Shown in pieces: positions 55,079 through 64,000 of a DNA stretch of 64,000 nt; the stretch's first letter is position 1, and each line of letters opens with the position of its first letter. The stretch is from positions 2,052,228 through 2,116,227 of the forward strand of contig JBJBDL010000003.1 of NCBI GenBank assembly GCA_047285305.1. Reading direction: 5' to 3'. Source of the DNA: Synechococcus sp. GTDB lineage: Bacteria > Cyanobacteriota > Cyanobacteriia > PCC-6307 > Cyanobiaceae. The notes below the pieces were generated by a model that did no database searches, was not told where the DNA came from, and was given only the letters and a program-made list of their open reading frames with translations. The position numbers and the translations under genes are program-made.

Positions 55079-55650
55079 ACCTTCAAAACACCGACTTCAA
55101 GACCCTGGTGCAGACCGCGCAGGTTCAAGGGCTGAGCCTCAACCAAGATTTGCCACAGACCACGCGCCGCATTCTTGATCGTGCTGATCACGCCCAACGC
55201 CAGCTCTCGAGCGATGAGCTCACAACGATCTGCCAGATCTCCGGCATTGATGGATCGCTCGCCGACAACCTGATCCAACGATCGGATCAACTGGTAAACC
55301 AGGCACGGGCACATCTGATTGAAACCCAGCCGCATTTGGTACAACCGGGCGGGGCTCTTCACCCGGAAGACAGAGCAGATGCCTGCTGGCGCGACTGTTG
55401 GAACTTTCTTCGCGTGATCACGTATGCGGTGGCCTGCAACCAGAGCTGCTTTACAAACCCGAGTGGCATGGCTTCCCTACGGGAGCTGTACAGGCGAATG
55501 AACGTGCCCATCGAGGGGATGAACATCGCCCTCGGTCAGCTCAAAGAGAAGGCCCTGGAGGGGGTCTCGCGATCGAACGACCGGCAGTTAATCCGCGACT
55601 GCTTCCAGCACCTACTCTCCGAGCTCAACAAATCTGCAGTTAAGAGCTGA
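55075..55650 (+). CDS. aplA: Allophycocyanin-like phycobiliprotein homologue
   Basis: AD..QRQLS..EL, QPGGALHP, and ACWRDCWNFLRVITYA (equivalent of the ACLRD bilin-attachment motif). Confidence 0.75.
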   Translation: MNLQNTDFKTLVQTAQVQGLSLNQDLPQTTRRILDRADHAQRQLSSDELTTICQISGIDGSLADNLIQRSDQLVNQARAHLIETQPHLVQPGGALHPEDRADACWRDCWNFLRVITYAVACNQSCFTNPSGMASLRELYRRMNVPIEGMNIALGQLKEKALEGVSRSNDRQLIRDCFQHLLSELNKSAVKS

Positions 55651-55721
55651 TAAGCACTACCACCAAAACCTTTTGATCAAGAGAGGATCACACCCAAGTA
55701 TTTCTACTCACGGAGCACCTC

Positions 55722-56480
55722 ATGGCCATCCCGCTTCTTGGGTACCCGCTCAACACCCAAAACGGCCGCGTCAGCAATCTCGCAGGCGACAACAGCACCA
55801 TCAAGCCCCAAACGTATGCCTCCTCTGCAGCAGGCGATGACAGCGCCAGAACAGAGATGGACAGCTTGATCGAACAGGCTTATCGCCAGGTCTTCTTCCA
55901 TGCGATGCGCAGTGATCGCGAACCATTCCTGGAATCACAGCTCCGGAGCGGCAACATCACGGTTCGGGATTTCATCCGTGGTCTGCTGCTGTCGGAACGC
56001 TTCCAGCAGGGCTACTACCAGTGCAACTCGAACTACCGGATGGTGGATCAGGTGGTGGGACGCGTGCTTGGGCGCCCGACCCATGGCGACGCCGAACGCC
56101 GGGCCTGGTCGATCGTCATCGGCGAAAAGGGCTTCACCACCTTCGTCGACGCCCTGCTCGACAGCCCGGAATACATGAACTGCTTCGGTTACGACTTGGT
56201 GCCGCAGCAGCGCTCGCGCGTGCTGCCCGGGCGGCCCCTTGGGGAAATCCCGATCTACCAACAATTCCCGCGCTACGGAACCGACTGGCGCGACGCCCTT
56301 CAAGATCGGGCGCCCATCCATCAAGGCGCGCCGTCAGAGCGACTGGAGGTTGCTGCCACTTGGGTGAACGAAGAACCCCCTGCTTTCGCTCTCAAGCTCT
56401 GGCTCGGCCTGTTTGCCGTCGGTGGGTTCGAAATCGTGCGGGTGCTCCTTACCATCGTTGTCGCAATGCTGCGCAACTGA
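55722..56480 (+). CDS. cpcL: Phycobilisome rod-membrane linker CpcL (CpcG2)
   Basis: MAIPLL.Y...QNGRV, AYRQVFFH, LESQLRSGNITVRDFIRGL, hydrophobic C-terminal helix. Confidence 0.85.
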   Translation: MAIPLLGYPLNTQNGRVSNLAGDNSTIKPQTYASSAAGDDSARTEMDSLIEQAYRQVFFHAMRSDREPFLESQLRSGNITVRDFIRGLLLSERFQQGYYQCNSNYRMVDQVVGRVLGRPTHGDAERRAWSIVIGEKGFTTFVDALLDSPEYMNCFGYDLVPQQRSRVLPGRPLGEIPIYQQFPRYGTDWRDALQDRAPIHQGAPSERLEVAATWVNEEPPAFALKLWLGLFAVGGFEIVRVLLTIVVAMLRN

Positions 56481-56481
56481 G

Positions 56482-57201
56482 ATGTCGATGCCCAAATCTG
56501 GGGCTCTAAATCTGCGTGAGTGGACAGCACCCGAAACCTGCGGAGCAACAAGCTCAGTCACAAATCCAGTCGATGCTCGAGGGGCTGACTGGAGCGGTCA
56601 GGACTTGGGAGAACTCGACCTAAGAGACGCCAAGCTCTGTCGCTGTGATCTGCGCGGCACAAACCTCAGCCAGTGCCAACTCGAAGGCGCTGATTTACGC
56701 CTGGCCCGTTACGACCAAACCACCCTGGTGCCTGAGGGCTTTGCACTAAACACAAGCGGTGCCGTTGGGCCCGGCGCGAAGCTGAATGGGGCTTTTCTCA
56801 ACAGCACAGATCTACGCGGGATGGACCTCAGGGGAAGCGTATTGATGGGCGCCTATCTGAGTGGTTCAGATCTGAGTGGAGCTTTGCTCGATGGCGTTTC
56901 CTTAGCAGGCGCTGACCTGCGATCAGCCACGTTTCGCGGAGCCATGTGCCGGGGAACCCGCTTCGGAACCTGCGAGATGGACATGGCCGATCTTCGCGGC
57001 GCCAACCTTGAGGGGGCAGCTCTCGAAACCGTTACATCGATTCGCGGGGCGGACTTTTCACTCTGCACCGGGCTGGAGGATCAAATTAGTGCTCTGCTCA
57101 GTCGATCCGTCCAGGAACTCGACTGCTGGAATCCGATGACCCGCTCCACAACAAGGGCGAGCCTTGAGTCCCTGATCAAGAGGCAAGGGCAGGACGCCTA
57201 A
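56482..57201 (+). CDS. Pentapeptide repeat protein
   Basis: Repeated A(D/N)LxG/xDLRG pentapeptides. Confidence 0.85.
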   Translation: MSMPKSGALNLREWTAPETCGATSSVTNPVDARGADWSGQDLGELDLRDAKLCRCDLRGTNLSQCQLEGADLRLARYDQTTLVPEGFALNTSGAVGPGAKLNGAFLNSTDLRGMDLRGSVLMGAYLSGSDLSGALLDGVSLAGADLRSATFRGAMCRGTRFGTCEMDMADLRGANLEGAALETVTSIRGADFSLCTGLEDQISALLSRSVQELDCWNPMTRSTTRASLESLIKRQGQDA

Positions 57202-57373
57202 ATCGAGCCATTTGAATCCAAACTTTTCCTACAGAACCCGCCGAGATCGCCGTCAAGGCAGGGGAATCAGTACGTGACGCAACAGTCGGACACAATTGAT
57301 TGAGGTTTATAAAGAATGCTCTTCGGGCGTGAGCTTCTGAAGGACTATTAGTCGAACCACTGCGTGTGAATTC

Positions 57374-58258
57374 ATGCCTTTCGGTCCAGCCTCGCTTCTA
57401 GGGGTCGAACGCTTCTCTGAGGAGAGTGAAGCCCCTCTCGAGCTGATCCCAGGCGATGAGGACGCCAGGAAAGAACAGATCATCCGTGCTGTGTACAAGC
57501 AAGTGCTTGGCAACGCTTACGTGATGGACAGCGAGCGGCAGATCGTCGAAGAGTCGCAGTTCAAGCTCGGTGAAATCAGCGTCCGTGAGCTGGTGGGCCG
57601 CATTGCCAAAAGCGACCTTTACCGCAGCCGCTTCTTTGATAACTGCGCGCGATACCGCTACATCGAATTGGCCTTCCGCCATCTTCTCGGTCGCGCACCT
57701 GCTGACTACGCGGAAATGCGTGAGCACGCCGATCGCCTTGACAGCCAAGGGTATGAGGCTGATATCGACAGCTTCCTAAACAGCGCGGAATACCAAAACA
57801 CCTTCGGCGAATGGACGGTCCCCTATCAGCGTGGCTGGAAGACCGAAAGCTGTGCCACATTGCAGGAATTCACCTGGAGCTTCCAGCTGCTGCGAGGCAA
57901 CAGCAGCAGCAGCCTCAAGGGTGATCTTGCAGGCAACAAGAGCAAGCTGGGTGGTTCGGCTTATCTGAACCGAGCCATCGCAGTGGTTCCCCCATCCTCC
58001 AAAGAGACCGCTGGCTGGAGTTTCCGTCCCTCAACCAACCTTCAGGACGCACCCACACGTCTTGGGGTTGGCGCAGGCGATCAAGGCATTACATATCGGG
58101 TCGAGGTCACGGCCTACAAAGCCAACAATGTCAGGCGGATTTCCCGCTACACCCGCAGCAACCGCATTTTCTACGTGCCGTTCGACAAGCTCTCAGAGCA
58201 GTTCAAACGCATTCACAACGAAGGCGGCAAGATCGCAAGCATTACGCCGGTGACCTAA
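57374..58258 (+). CDS. cpeC: Phycoerythrin-associated rod linker
   Basis: MPFGPASLLGV, YKQVLGNAYVMDSER, linker domain, C-terminal CpcD-like GGKIASITPV. Confidence 0.9.
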   Translation: MPFGPASLLGVERFSEESEAPLELIPGDEDARKEQIIRAVYKQVLGNAYVMDSERQIVEESQFKLGEISVRELVGRIAKSDLYRSRFFDNCARYRYIELAFRHLLGRAPADYAEMREHADRLDSQGYEADIDSFLNSAEYQNTFGEWTVPYQRGWKTESCATLQEFTWSFQLLRGNSSSSLKGDLAGNKSKLGGSAYLNRAIAVVPPSSKETAGWSFRPSTNLQDAPTRLGVGAGDQGITYRVEVTAYKANNVRRISRYTRSNRIFYVPFDKLSEQFKRIHNEGGKIASITPVT

Positions 58259-58312
58259 CGCTTCATCCCCTCCCATCTCGACGCACACGACCCCATCTCC
58301 CCTCACAAAACA

Positions 58313-59959
58313 ATGGCCAGCACACAATCTTCTCTTGGCTTCGGCGCAACCAGCAAGTGGAGTAATCCCGTTCGCTTCCAGCGCAAGGGAGTAGCCCAAA
58401 CCGCCGCCCTCACCATTGGTGAGTTCCTGAAGCAGTCGTGTGATCAGATGGCGATTGGGGTTGGTCCGCGCACTCATGCTGACTGCCCCCATCGCGTGAC
58501 GAGCGAGTGCTACAGCCCAGAAGATGTGGCATCACTGGAAACGGTGATCAGTGCTTCATATCGACAGGTTTTTGGCAACGCCCACGTGATGGATTTCGAG
58601 CGTTGCTCGGAATTGGAAGCTCAGCTTCGGGACGGTCGTTTGACGGTGCGTGAATTCGTTCGTGGTCTTGCCAAGTCCAGCTTCTACAAGGACCGTTTCT
58701 TCAGAAGCGTTGCTCCACAGCGGGGTGTCGAGCTGACGTTCAAGCACCTGTTGGGTCGAGCACCTGAAACACAGGCCGAGATCTCAGCGAAAATCGCCAT
58801 TCAGGCAGAACACGGTCACGACGGCTTGATCGACAGCATCGTTGACTCCGCGGAGTACCTCGAAGTCTTCGGTAGCGACGTTGTGCCCTATGCCCGTTCA
58901 TGGAGTTCACCCGCTGACCTGTCGACAGCAGCCTTCCCAATGCTGGCCGCTCTTCAAAAGAGTTTTGCCGGCAGTGATAGTGCCCGTGGCGGAAGTCCTG
59001 CGCTGACCCGCAGCCTCGCCAATGGCGTGGCTCCAAGGATCAGCCTGCCAAGTCAGCCCATTGGTCTGCGTCCCTCCTCTGGAAGTTTCACGGCCACGCA
59101 GTTCAGCAGCAAAGCACCTGGAATCACCTCAGGCAAAGATTCCGGACCCATGCGGGGCGACGTGTATGTCACCTTCGGTCTTGGCCAGCGGGAGCAAGAG
59201 ACTTACCAACGTTGCCCAGGTGACGGCCCAGATCAACTCGCTGCACTGATTCGTTCCACCTACAAACAGGTGATGGGCAATCCCCATCTGATGGAGTTCG
59301 AGCGCGTAGGTTCAGCTGAGAGCAAATTCATCGATGGCTATCTGAGCACACGTGAATTCGTTCGTGCGGTTGGCCTGTCAGCCGAGTACAAGCGCCGTTT
59401 CTTCGAAACCAGTGCCCCTTATCGCTTCATCGAGCTGAACTTCAAGCATTTCCTGGGAAGAGCACCGCAGTCCCAGGCCGAAATCAGCGAGCACACCAAG
59501 ATCCTCGCCGAAGGTGGCTATGAGGCTGAAATCTCCAGCTATATCGATAGCGCTGAATACCAAAACACCTTTGGTGAAGACACAGTTCCGTTCGCTCGAA
59601 TCCTCACCGAAAGCGGCCGCTCTCAAGTTGACTTCAACCGTCAACTGAGCCTGGCAGAAGGGTATGCCGCAAGCGATACGGTCCTTGGCAGCTCTGCTTT
59701 GGTGAGTTCGGTTGCCACAGGGCTGGCGCCCAGTGGCTGGAGCAAAACCACCAGCCGGGCAAACCGCACTGGTACTCAATCTGGCGCACCTGATCCCACC
59801 AAGAAGCGTTTCCGCATTGTTGTTGCTTCTCAGGCTGCTCGTTCGCGTCAACGCACCGCTGGTAACAGCTACGTCGTGTCCGGAAAAGACATGAGCAGCC
59901 AAATGAAGTACATCCATGCACGCGGGGGCAAGATCGTTTCCATCACTGAGGTGATGTAA
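58313..59959 (+). CDS. mpeD: Long phycoerythrin-II linker with two linker domains
   Basis: 548 aa; Cys-containing N-terminal region (SCDQMAIG...CPH), two YRQV/YKQV...FKH.LGRAP domains, CpcD-like end; follows cpeC. Confidence 0.8.
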   Translation: MASTQSSLGFGATSKWSNPVRFQRKGVAQTAALTIGEFLKQSCDQMAIGVGPRTHADCPHRVTSECYSPEDVASLETVISASYRQVFGNAHVMDFERCSELEAQLRDGRLTVREFVRGLAKSSFYKDRFFRSVAPQRGVELTFKHLLGRAPETQAEISAKIAIQAEHGHDGLIDSIVDSAEYLEVFGSDVVPYARSWSSPADLSTAAFPMLAALQKSFAGSDSARGGSPALTRSLANGVAPRISLPSQPIGLRPSSGSFTATQFSSKAPGITSGKDSGPMRGDVYVTFGLGQREQETYQRCPGDGPDQLAALIRSTYKQVMGNPHLMEFERVGSAESKFIDGYLSTREFVRAVGLSAEYKRRFFETSAPYRFIELNFKHFLGRAPQSQAEISEHTKILAEGGYEAEISSYIDSAEYQNTFGEDTVPFARILTESGRSQVDFNRQLSLAEGYAASDTVLGSSALVSSVATGLAPSGWSKTTSRANRTGTQSGAPDPTKKRFRIVVASQAARSRQRTAGNSYVVSGKDMSSQMKYIHARGGKIVSITEVM

Positions 59960-59982
59960 GAGCAGTCGGTTGCTGCACTAGG

Positions 59983-60007
59983 GAGCCACTTCATAAAGAG
60001 GTGGCTC
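59983..60007 (+). terminator. Intergenic stem-loop after mpeD (partial terminator or mRNA stabiliser)
   Basis: GAGCCACTT-cataaag-AGGTGGCTC, no U-tract. Confidence 0.55.
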
Positions 60008-60035
60008 ACTCACATCACCTTCCAATCAGAACAAA

Positions 60036-60779
60036 ATGACTGAGCCAACAACCCTTTCCTCAGCAGCCAACGTTGACACTTCACATGCTGCAGATGTGAT
60101 TCGCCAAACGTACCGACAGGTGTTTGGTAATCGACACCTGATGGAACTCGATGTGAACCCCTCAATTGAGGCATTGTTCATCAATGGGGATCTGACAGTT
60201 CAAGGGTTGGTAACGGCTCTCGCACAGTCTGAAACCTATAAAAAGCTTTTTCTGGAAAACAACAGCCCTTACCGCTTTGTTGAACTGAATTTCAAACATC
60301 TTCTGGGCCGCCCACCCCGTGACCAAGCCGAGTTGATGGGACATGTTCGGCTGCTACAGGAAGAGGGATACGAAGCTGAAATCGCAAGTTACACGTACAG
60401 CGATGAATACCTTTCTGCCTTTGGCATCGACCAAGTTCCATACAATCGTGCCAACCAAACAGTAGTCGGTGGAAGCACGCTTTTCTTCACACGGGCAAAA
60501 GCTTTGGATGCCGGTTTTGCCGGATACGACAATGCAGAAACTGATTCAAAACTCTTGAATAGTCTCTGCACAGATAGTTCACCAGAGGCCCAAGACCGTA
60601 GAGGGGTTGGCAACGCCAAATCGTTGACCATCAACTGGACATCACGCCGCCAAGTGGGCGCCAACCGCCGCGCTGTGCAGAAATCGGTGGTGACCCAAAC
60701 ATCGATGTCGGCCACGATCAAATCAATCCTCTCACAGGGAGGCCAGATCCTTTCTATTGCGAAGGCTAACTCCTTTTGA
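60036..60779 (+). CDS. cpeE: Phycoerythrin-associated rod linker
   Basis: YRQVFGNRHLMELD, ELNFKHLLGRPP, C-terminal GGQILSI; located before cpeSTR. Confidence 0.82.
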   Translation: MTEPTTLSSAANVDTSHAADVIRQTYRQVFGNRHLMELDVNPSIEALFINGDLTVQGLVTALAQSETYKKLFLENNSPYRFVELNFKHLLGRPPRDQAELMGHVRLLQEEGYEAEIASYTYSDEYLSAFGIDQVPYNRANQTVVGGSTLFFTRAKALDAGFAGYDNAETDSKLLNSLCTDSSPEAQDRRGVGNAKSLTINWTSRRQVGANRRAVQKSVVTQTSMSATIKSILSQGGQILSIAKANSF

Positions 60780-60883
60780 AAATCCCGGAATTTCCTCTAG
60801 TTCATCAGTGATGATGGGAGGAATTCAAATTTGATCGTTTCAGCGATTCGGCTTGAACATCGCGTAAAACAAACCTTCTAACG

Positions 60884-61069
60884 ATGCCTATCCTGCGACC
60901 GCCATCCAGCGAAAACCCAAACAGGAACAACACATTCCTCCAGTCAGTTTCATCAACTCCCATGGCCATGTCCATGATGGTCGACTCCATGGTTAACATG
61001 ATGCACATCAACTCTCCTTCGCTGGATGAGCTCAGCTCAGAAAACAACACAAGCCTGCATGACAATTGA
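60884..61069 (+). CDS. Small Met/Ser-rich hypothetical protein upstream of cpeS
   Basis: ORF containing MAMSMMVDSMVNMM and overlapping the cpeS start; true start may be 60962. Confidence 0.5.
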   Translation: MPILRPPSSENPNRNNTFLQSVSSTPMAMSMMVDSMVNMMHINSPSLDELSSENNTSLHDN

Positions 61070-61601
61070 GCAGTTTGTTGCTCAAAGTTCAGGCAAATGG
61101 CGCTCAATGCGTTCGGGTCATTCTTTGGCCTTCCAACAGTTTGAAGAGGTTCTGAGCGAAGTTACGATCGAAGAGATCAGCAAAAATGATTCTAGTGTTA
61201 AACAGTTACTTGAATCACCCCTAGCATACAAATATAATTTAGATACAATTTCGTCTCCATTCAAAATGGAATGGTGCGCAGAAAGTGACTGGGAACCAGA
61301 TGACCCATCAGAAGTGTCATCTGGATCTTGCATTATCGTTCCATTGGTCAAAGATATTTCTTCGGGGACGTTGATCAGAAGTATTGGGTATGCAGAAGCT
61401 GAGGCGGCAATCTCGGAATACAACTTTTCTGACGACGGTACATTCACGCTCACAACAAACTACGAGCAGTCAATTGCCGAAGAAAAAATTTGGTTTGTCT
61501 CAGAGAATGTACGCTGTAGGTCATCGGTCTTAAGAACTTCAGCCGGATCAGGAGTGCTCCAAACATCGTTTGCATCAGAAGTTAGACGAATGAATGCATA
61601 A
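61059..61601 (+). CDS. cpeS: CpcS/CpeS-type phycobiliprotein lyase
   Basis: F..QSSGKWRSMRSGHSLAF, GYAE, EEKIWF, SFASEVR. Confidence 0.9.
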   Translation: MTIEQFVAQSSGKWRSMRSGHSLAFQQFEEVLSEVTIEEISKNDSSVKQLLESPLAYKYNLDTISSPFKMEWCAESDWEPDDPSEVSSGSCIIVPLVKDISSGTLIRSIGYAEAEAAISEYNFSDDGTFTLTTNYEQSIAEEKIWFVSENVRCRSSVLRTSAGSGVLQTSFASEVRRMNA

Positions 61602-61610
61602 TCACTAAAG

Positions 61611-62225
61611 ATGAACAAGAATTTAGCTCTTGCCGAGTTTGCCACAACTCTTGCAGGCGTCTACGACAACATCGAACAGTCACAAAAAGACCCGAAAGAT
61701 TTTGCTCGTATCAATATCTTCTTTCGACCATTGCCCTGGCATATTTTCGAAGGGCCTGGTTTTTATTCTGAACAATGTTATGACTATGCACCGTGGGATC
61801 CCTACCGACAGGGGATTCACCGATTAACTACGCATGAAGATACTTTTGTGGTTGAGAACTATGGGTTCTCAAACCCCAGAAGGTTAGCGGGAGCTGGTCG
61901 GGATCCTAAAATCTTGAATGCAATCGATTCCACAACCCTAAAAGAACGTTGTGGATGTGCAATGCACTTTCATCGTAGAGAGAAAGGGCATTACATCGGT
62001 AAAGTTGAGCCAGGGAAAAACTGTTTGGTTCCACGAGATGGAAAACTCACTTATCTTGTGAGTGAAGTTGAAGTGGACCAAGAAAATTGGGTTAGTCGTG
62101 ATCGAGGCTTTGATCCAAAAACGGACGAACAGATTTGGGGTTCTGAACACGGCCTTCTTAGATTCAAAAGAATCCAAAGCTTCTCAGAAGAAATCAATGA
62201 TGAGTGGCTGAATTCGAAGAGCTAG
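61611..62225 (+). CDS. cpeT: CpcT/CpeT-type phycobiliprotein lyase
   Basis: YDNIEQSQ..PKDFARI, FYSEQ.YDY, PYRQ, SRDRGFD, WGS. Confidence 0.9.
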   Translation: MNKNLALAEFATTLAGVYDNIEQSQKDPKDFARINIFFRPLPWHIFEGPGFYSEQCYDYAPWDPYRQGIHRLTTHEDTFVVENYGFSNPRRLAGAGRDPKILNAIDSTTLKERCGCAMHFHRREKGHYIGKVEPGKNCLVPRDGKLTYLVSEVEVDQENWVSRDRGFDPKTDEQIWGSEHGLLRFKRIQSFSEEINDEWLNSKS

Positions 62226-62226
62226 A

Positions 62227-62532
62227 ATGGAAGAGGTCAAAAAACAAATGAAGTCCTGGATACGCTCACAGCATCTAATATGTGTTGGTACAGACTTTAT
62301 CTTTGAAACAGTCGATCAAACTCAACTCGATAAGTTTGAGGCTTCTATACAAGCAATTGGGGGAAGGATTAGAACAGTCAAAGCAATTGGAAACTGGCCG
62401 ATGGGACCAAGACGATCGTTCAAAATACTGCAAGCAACAGCAAGCGTGCCCAGACCAGGAGGAGAAGATCTTGTTACATATTGGGCGAAAAAAGGTAGCA
62501 AAACAACAAGATATTCAGAAATTAATTCTTGA
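62227..62532 (+). CDS. cpeR: Phycoerythrin operon regulator CpeR
   Basis: MKSWIRSQHLIC.G.DFIFETVD, YWAKKGS..TRY; last gene of cpeSTR. Confidence 0.85.
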   Translation: MEEVKKQMKSWIRSQHLICVGTDFIFETVDQTQLDKFEASIQAIGGRIRTVKAIGNWPMGPRRSFKILQATASVPRPGGEDLVTYWAKKGSKTTRYSEINS

Positions 62533-62540
62533 TTTGAAAG

Positions 62541-62777
62541 CTATTCTTCAAACCAGCCCATCCAGGTATCTTGACTAAAATCAGTATGTTTGCTCCATTT
62601 TCTCAAAATAGCAGAGGAATCGATATCGAAACCATTAGCGGCAGCAATATCAATGACTTGATCTTGATTAAGGGCAGCCTTAATTTGTGCTTTTAGATCT
62701 GGACTTTGACGAACTAAATTAATAAAAGCCTCTAAGACTTGATCTTGATTTGCGCTAAGAGCAGAACCGGTCATCAA
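62541..62777 (-). CDS. Nif11-like domain small protein
   Basis: LEAFINLVRQSPDLKAQIKAA..DQVIDIAAANGFDI. Confidence 0.75.
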   Translation of the reverse strand: MMTGSALSANQDQVLEAFINLVRQSPDLKAQIKAALNQDQVIDIAAANGFDIDSSAILRKWSKHTDFSQDTWMGWFEE

Positions 62778-62835
62778 AAGGCATCGAAATCGGTAGAAGA
62801 ATTCTAAACGAAACTTCCTTCAGTAGACCGTAAAA

Positions 62836-63117
62836 CTAGGCACCATCCATCAACATTGCTCTCCAAGGGGTGATCCTACGGAATGCCCATGACCAGTGAT
62901 CGTTTGAGATGGCCTGGATCGCCAAGGCTTCAGATTCAGATAAACCAACTGAATCTGATTCAACATACTGAAGCCAAGCTGTGATTGAAAAGACATAATC
63001 ACGGGAAGCCGCAAAATCTACGATATCTTGATCTGTGGTGCAAGACTTCAATCCAGTTGCAACAGAATGATCATAGACAACCATCTGCACAAAATCATCG
63101 ATAACAGAAGCAGACAT
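62836..63117 (-). CDS. Nif11-like domain small protein
   Basis: MS..VIDDFVQMV..D...LKSCTTDQDIVDFAASRDYVFS. Confidence 0.7.
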   Translation of the reverse strand: MSASVIDDFVQMVVYDHSVATGLKSCTTDQDIVDFAASRDYVFSITAWLQYVESDSVGLSESEALAIQAISNDHWSWAFRRITPWRAMLMDGA

Positions 63118-63119
63118 CT

Positions 63120-63440
63120 TCAGCAGCTTTCAATCCAAAGTGCAAAATTCACCTTCTCACAAATCATCTGCAGCACTAAAGGACCACCCGGACATCGTAA
63201 TAAACGCCATGGAATATTTTTTTCTAGAATACCTGAATCAATGGTAATTTTTGGAGGGCTCGTCGCCTGTTCATATGGAATCAATGCAGCACCAGTCAAT
63301 GAGGGCTCAACATTATTAACAATTGCCTTTAATTGCTCCAAATCAACAACAAGATTCAATTGATCTTGGACATCTGCTGACTTTTGAACAGCTTCAACAA
63401 AGCTAGGAAGAGCTTGTTCGAGTTCGGGTGAGACTGGCAT
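63120..63440 (-). CDS. Hypothetical protein with degenerate Nif11-like N-terminus
   Basis: ALPSFVEAVQKSADVQDQL...EQLKAIV; first gene of a three-gene minus-strand run divergent from the lyase. Confidence 0.7.
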   Translation of the reverse strand: MPVSPELEQALPSFVEAVQKSADVQDQLNLVVDLEQLKAIVNNVEPSLTGAALIPYEQATSPPKITIDSGILEKNIPWRLLRCPGGPLVLQMICEKVNFALWIESC

Positions 63441-63641
63441 GATACAAAAACCCCTCTTCTTACGATAACAGACGGCGAGAACGTATTCATAAAAAGACAG
63501 CGCAAATTAAAGAAGACAATCAACCAGTCATAAATCATCACTGATATTCAGACGTGGATGCTATGGTCAAAGAGATGATGGAACTTCGACGTCACTGCAG
63601 ATTCAACAGAATCAGGTCAGCTGCTCTAAAACTGCAGCTAA

Positions 63642-64000
<359 letters not shown>

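Noticed and set aside
62541..63440. Lanthipeptide (prochlorosin-like) biosynthetic cluster
   Set aside because: No double-glycine leader/core architecture and no modifying enzyme or exporter in the window.

Overview
This window is chromosomal DNA from a marine picocyanobacterium (Synechococcus subcluster 5.1 type; inferred from gene content, the rrn operon and phycoerythrin-II genes). From start to end it holds obgE (partial), a sugar ABC ATPase, mutS2, hemB, a DnaJ-class chaperone, a SulP transporter, miaE, aroQ and tRNA-Tyr/Thr. Next come a GH13-glpK-glpD-treS-like carbohydrate cluster, an aldehyde dehydrogenase, a LysM protein with a 162-bp tandem repeat, recQ, psaE, mutM and mtnABC. A complete minus-strand rRNA operon follows, then a neutral invertase, petBD, a C-terminal protease, minCDE, tRNA-Thr, tsaC, prmC, psbM/psbB/psbT, nrdR, rpsA and metK. 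After tRNA-Phe begins the phycobilisome rod region (aplA, cpcL, cpeC, mpeD, cpeE, cpeS/T/R, three Nif11-like genes and a partial MpeQ/MpeY-family lyase). The most notable points are not in the ORF track. Two natural-transformation genes look dead: dprA is reduced to its two ends, and comF is frameshifted and split by a ~1.6 kb insert holding two DUF1651-like gene fragments and candidate small RNAs. There is also a decayed LuxR-type regulator after minE, a probable CTG start for recQ, and a compensatory pair swap in 16S helix 45. I saw no CRISPR array, integrase or transposase. All family calls come from motif recognition by eye; no searches were run.
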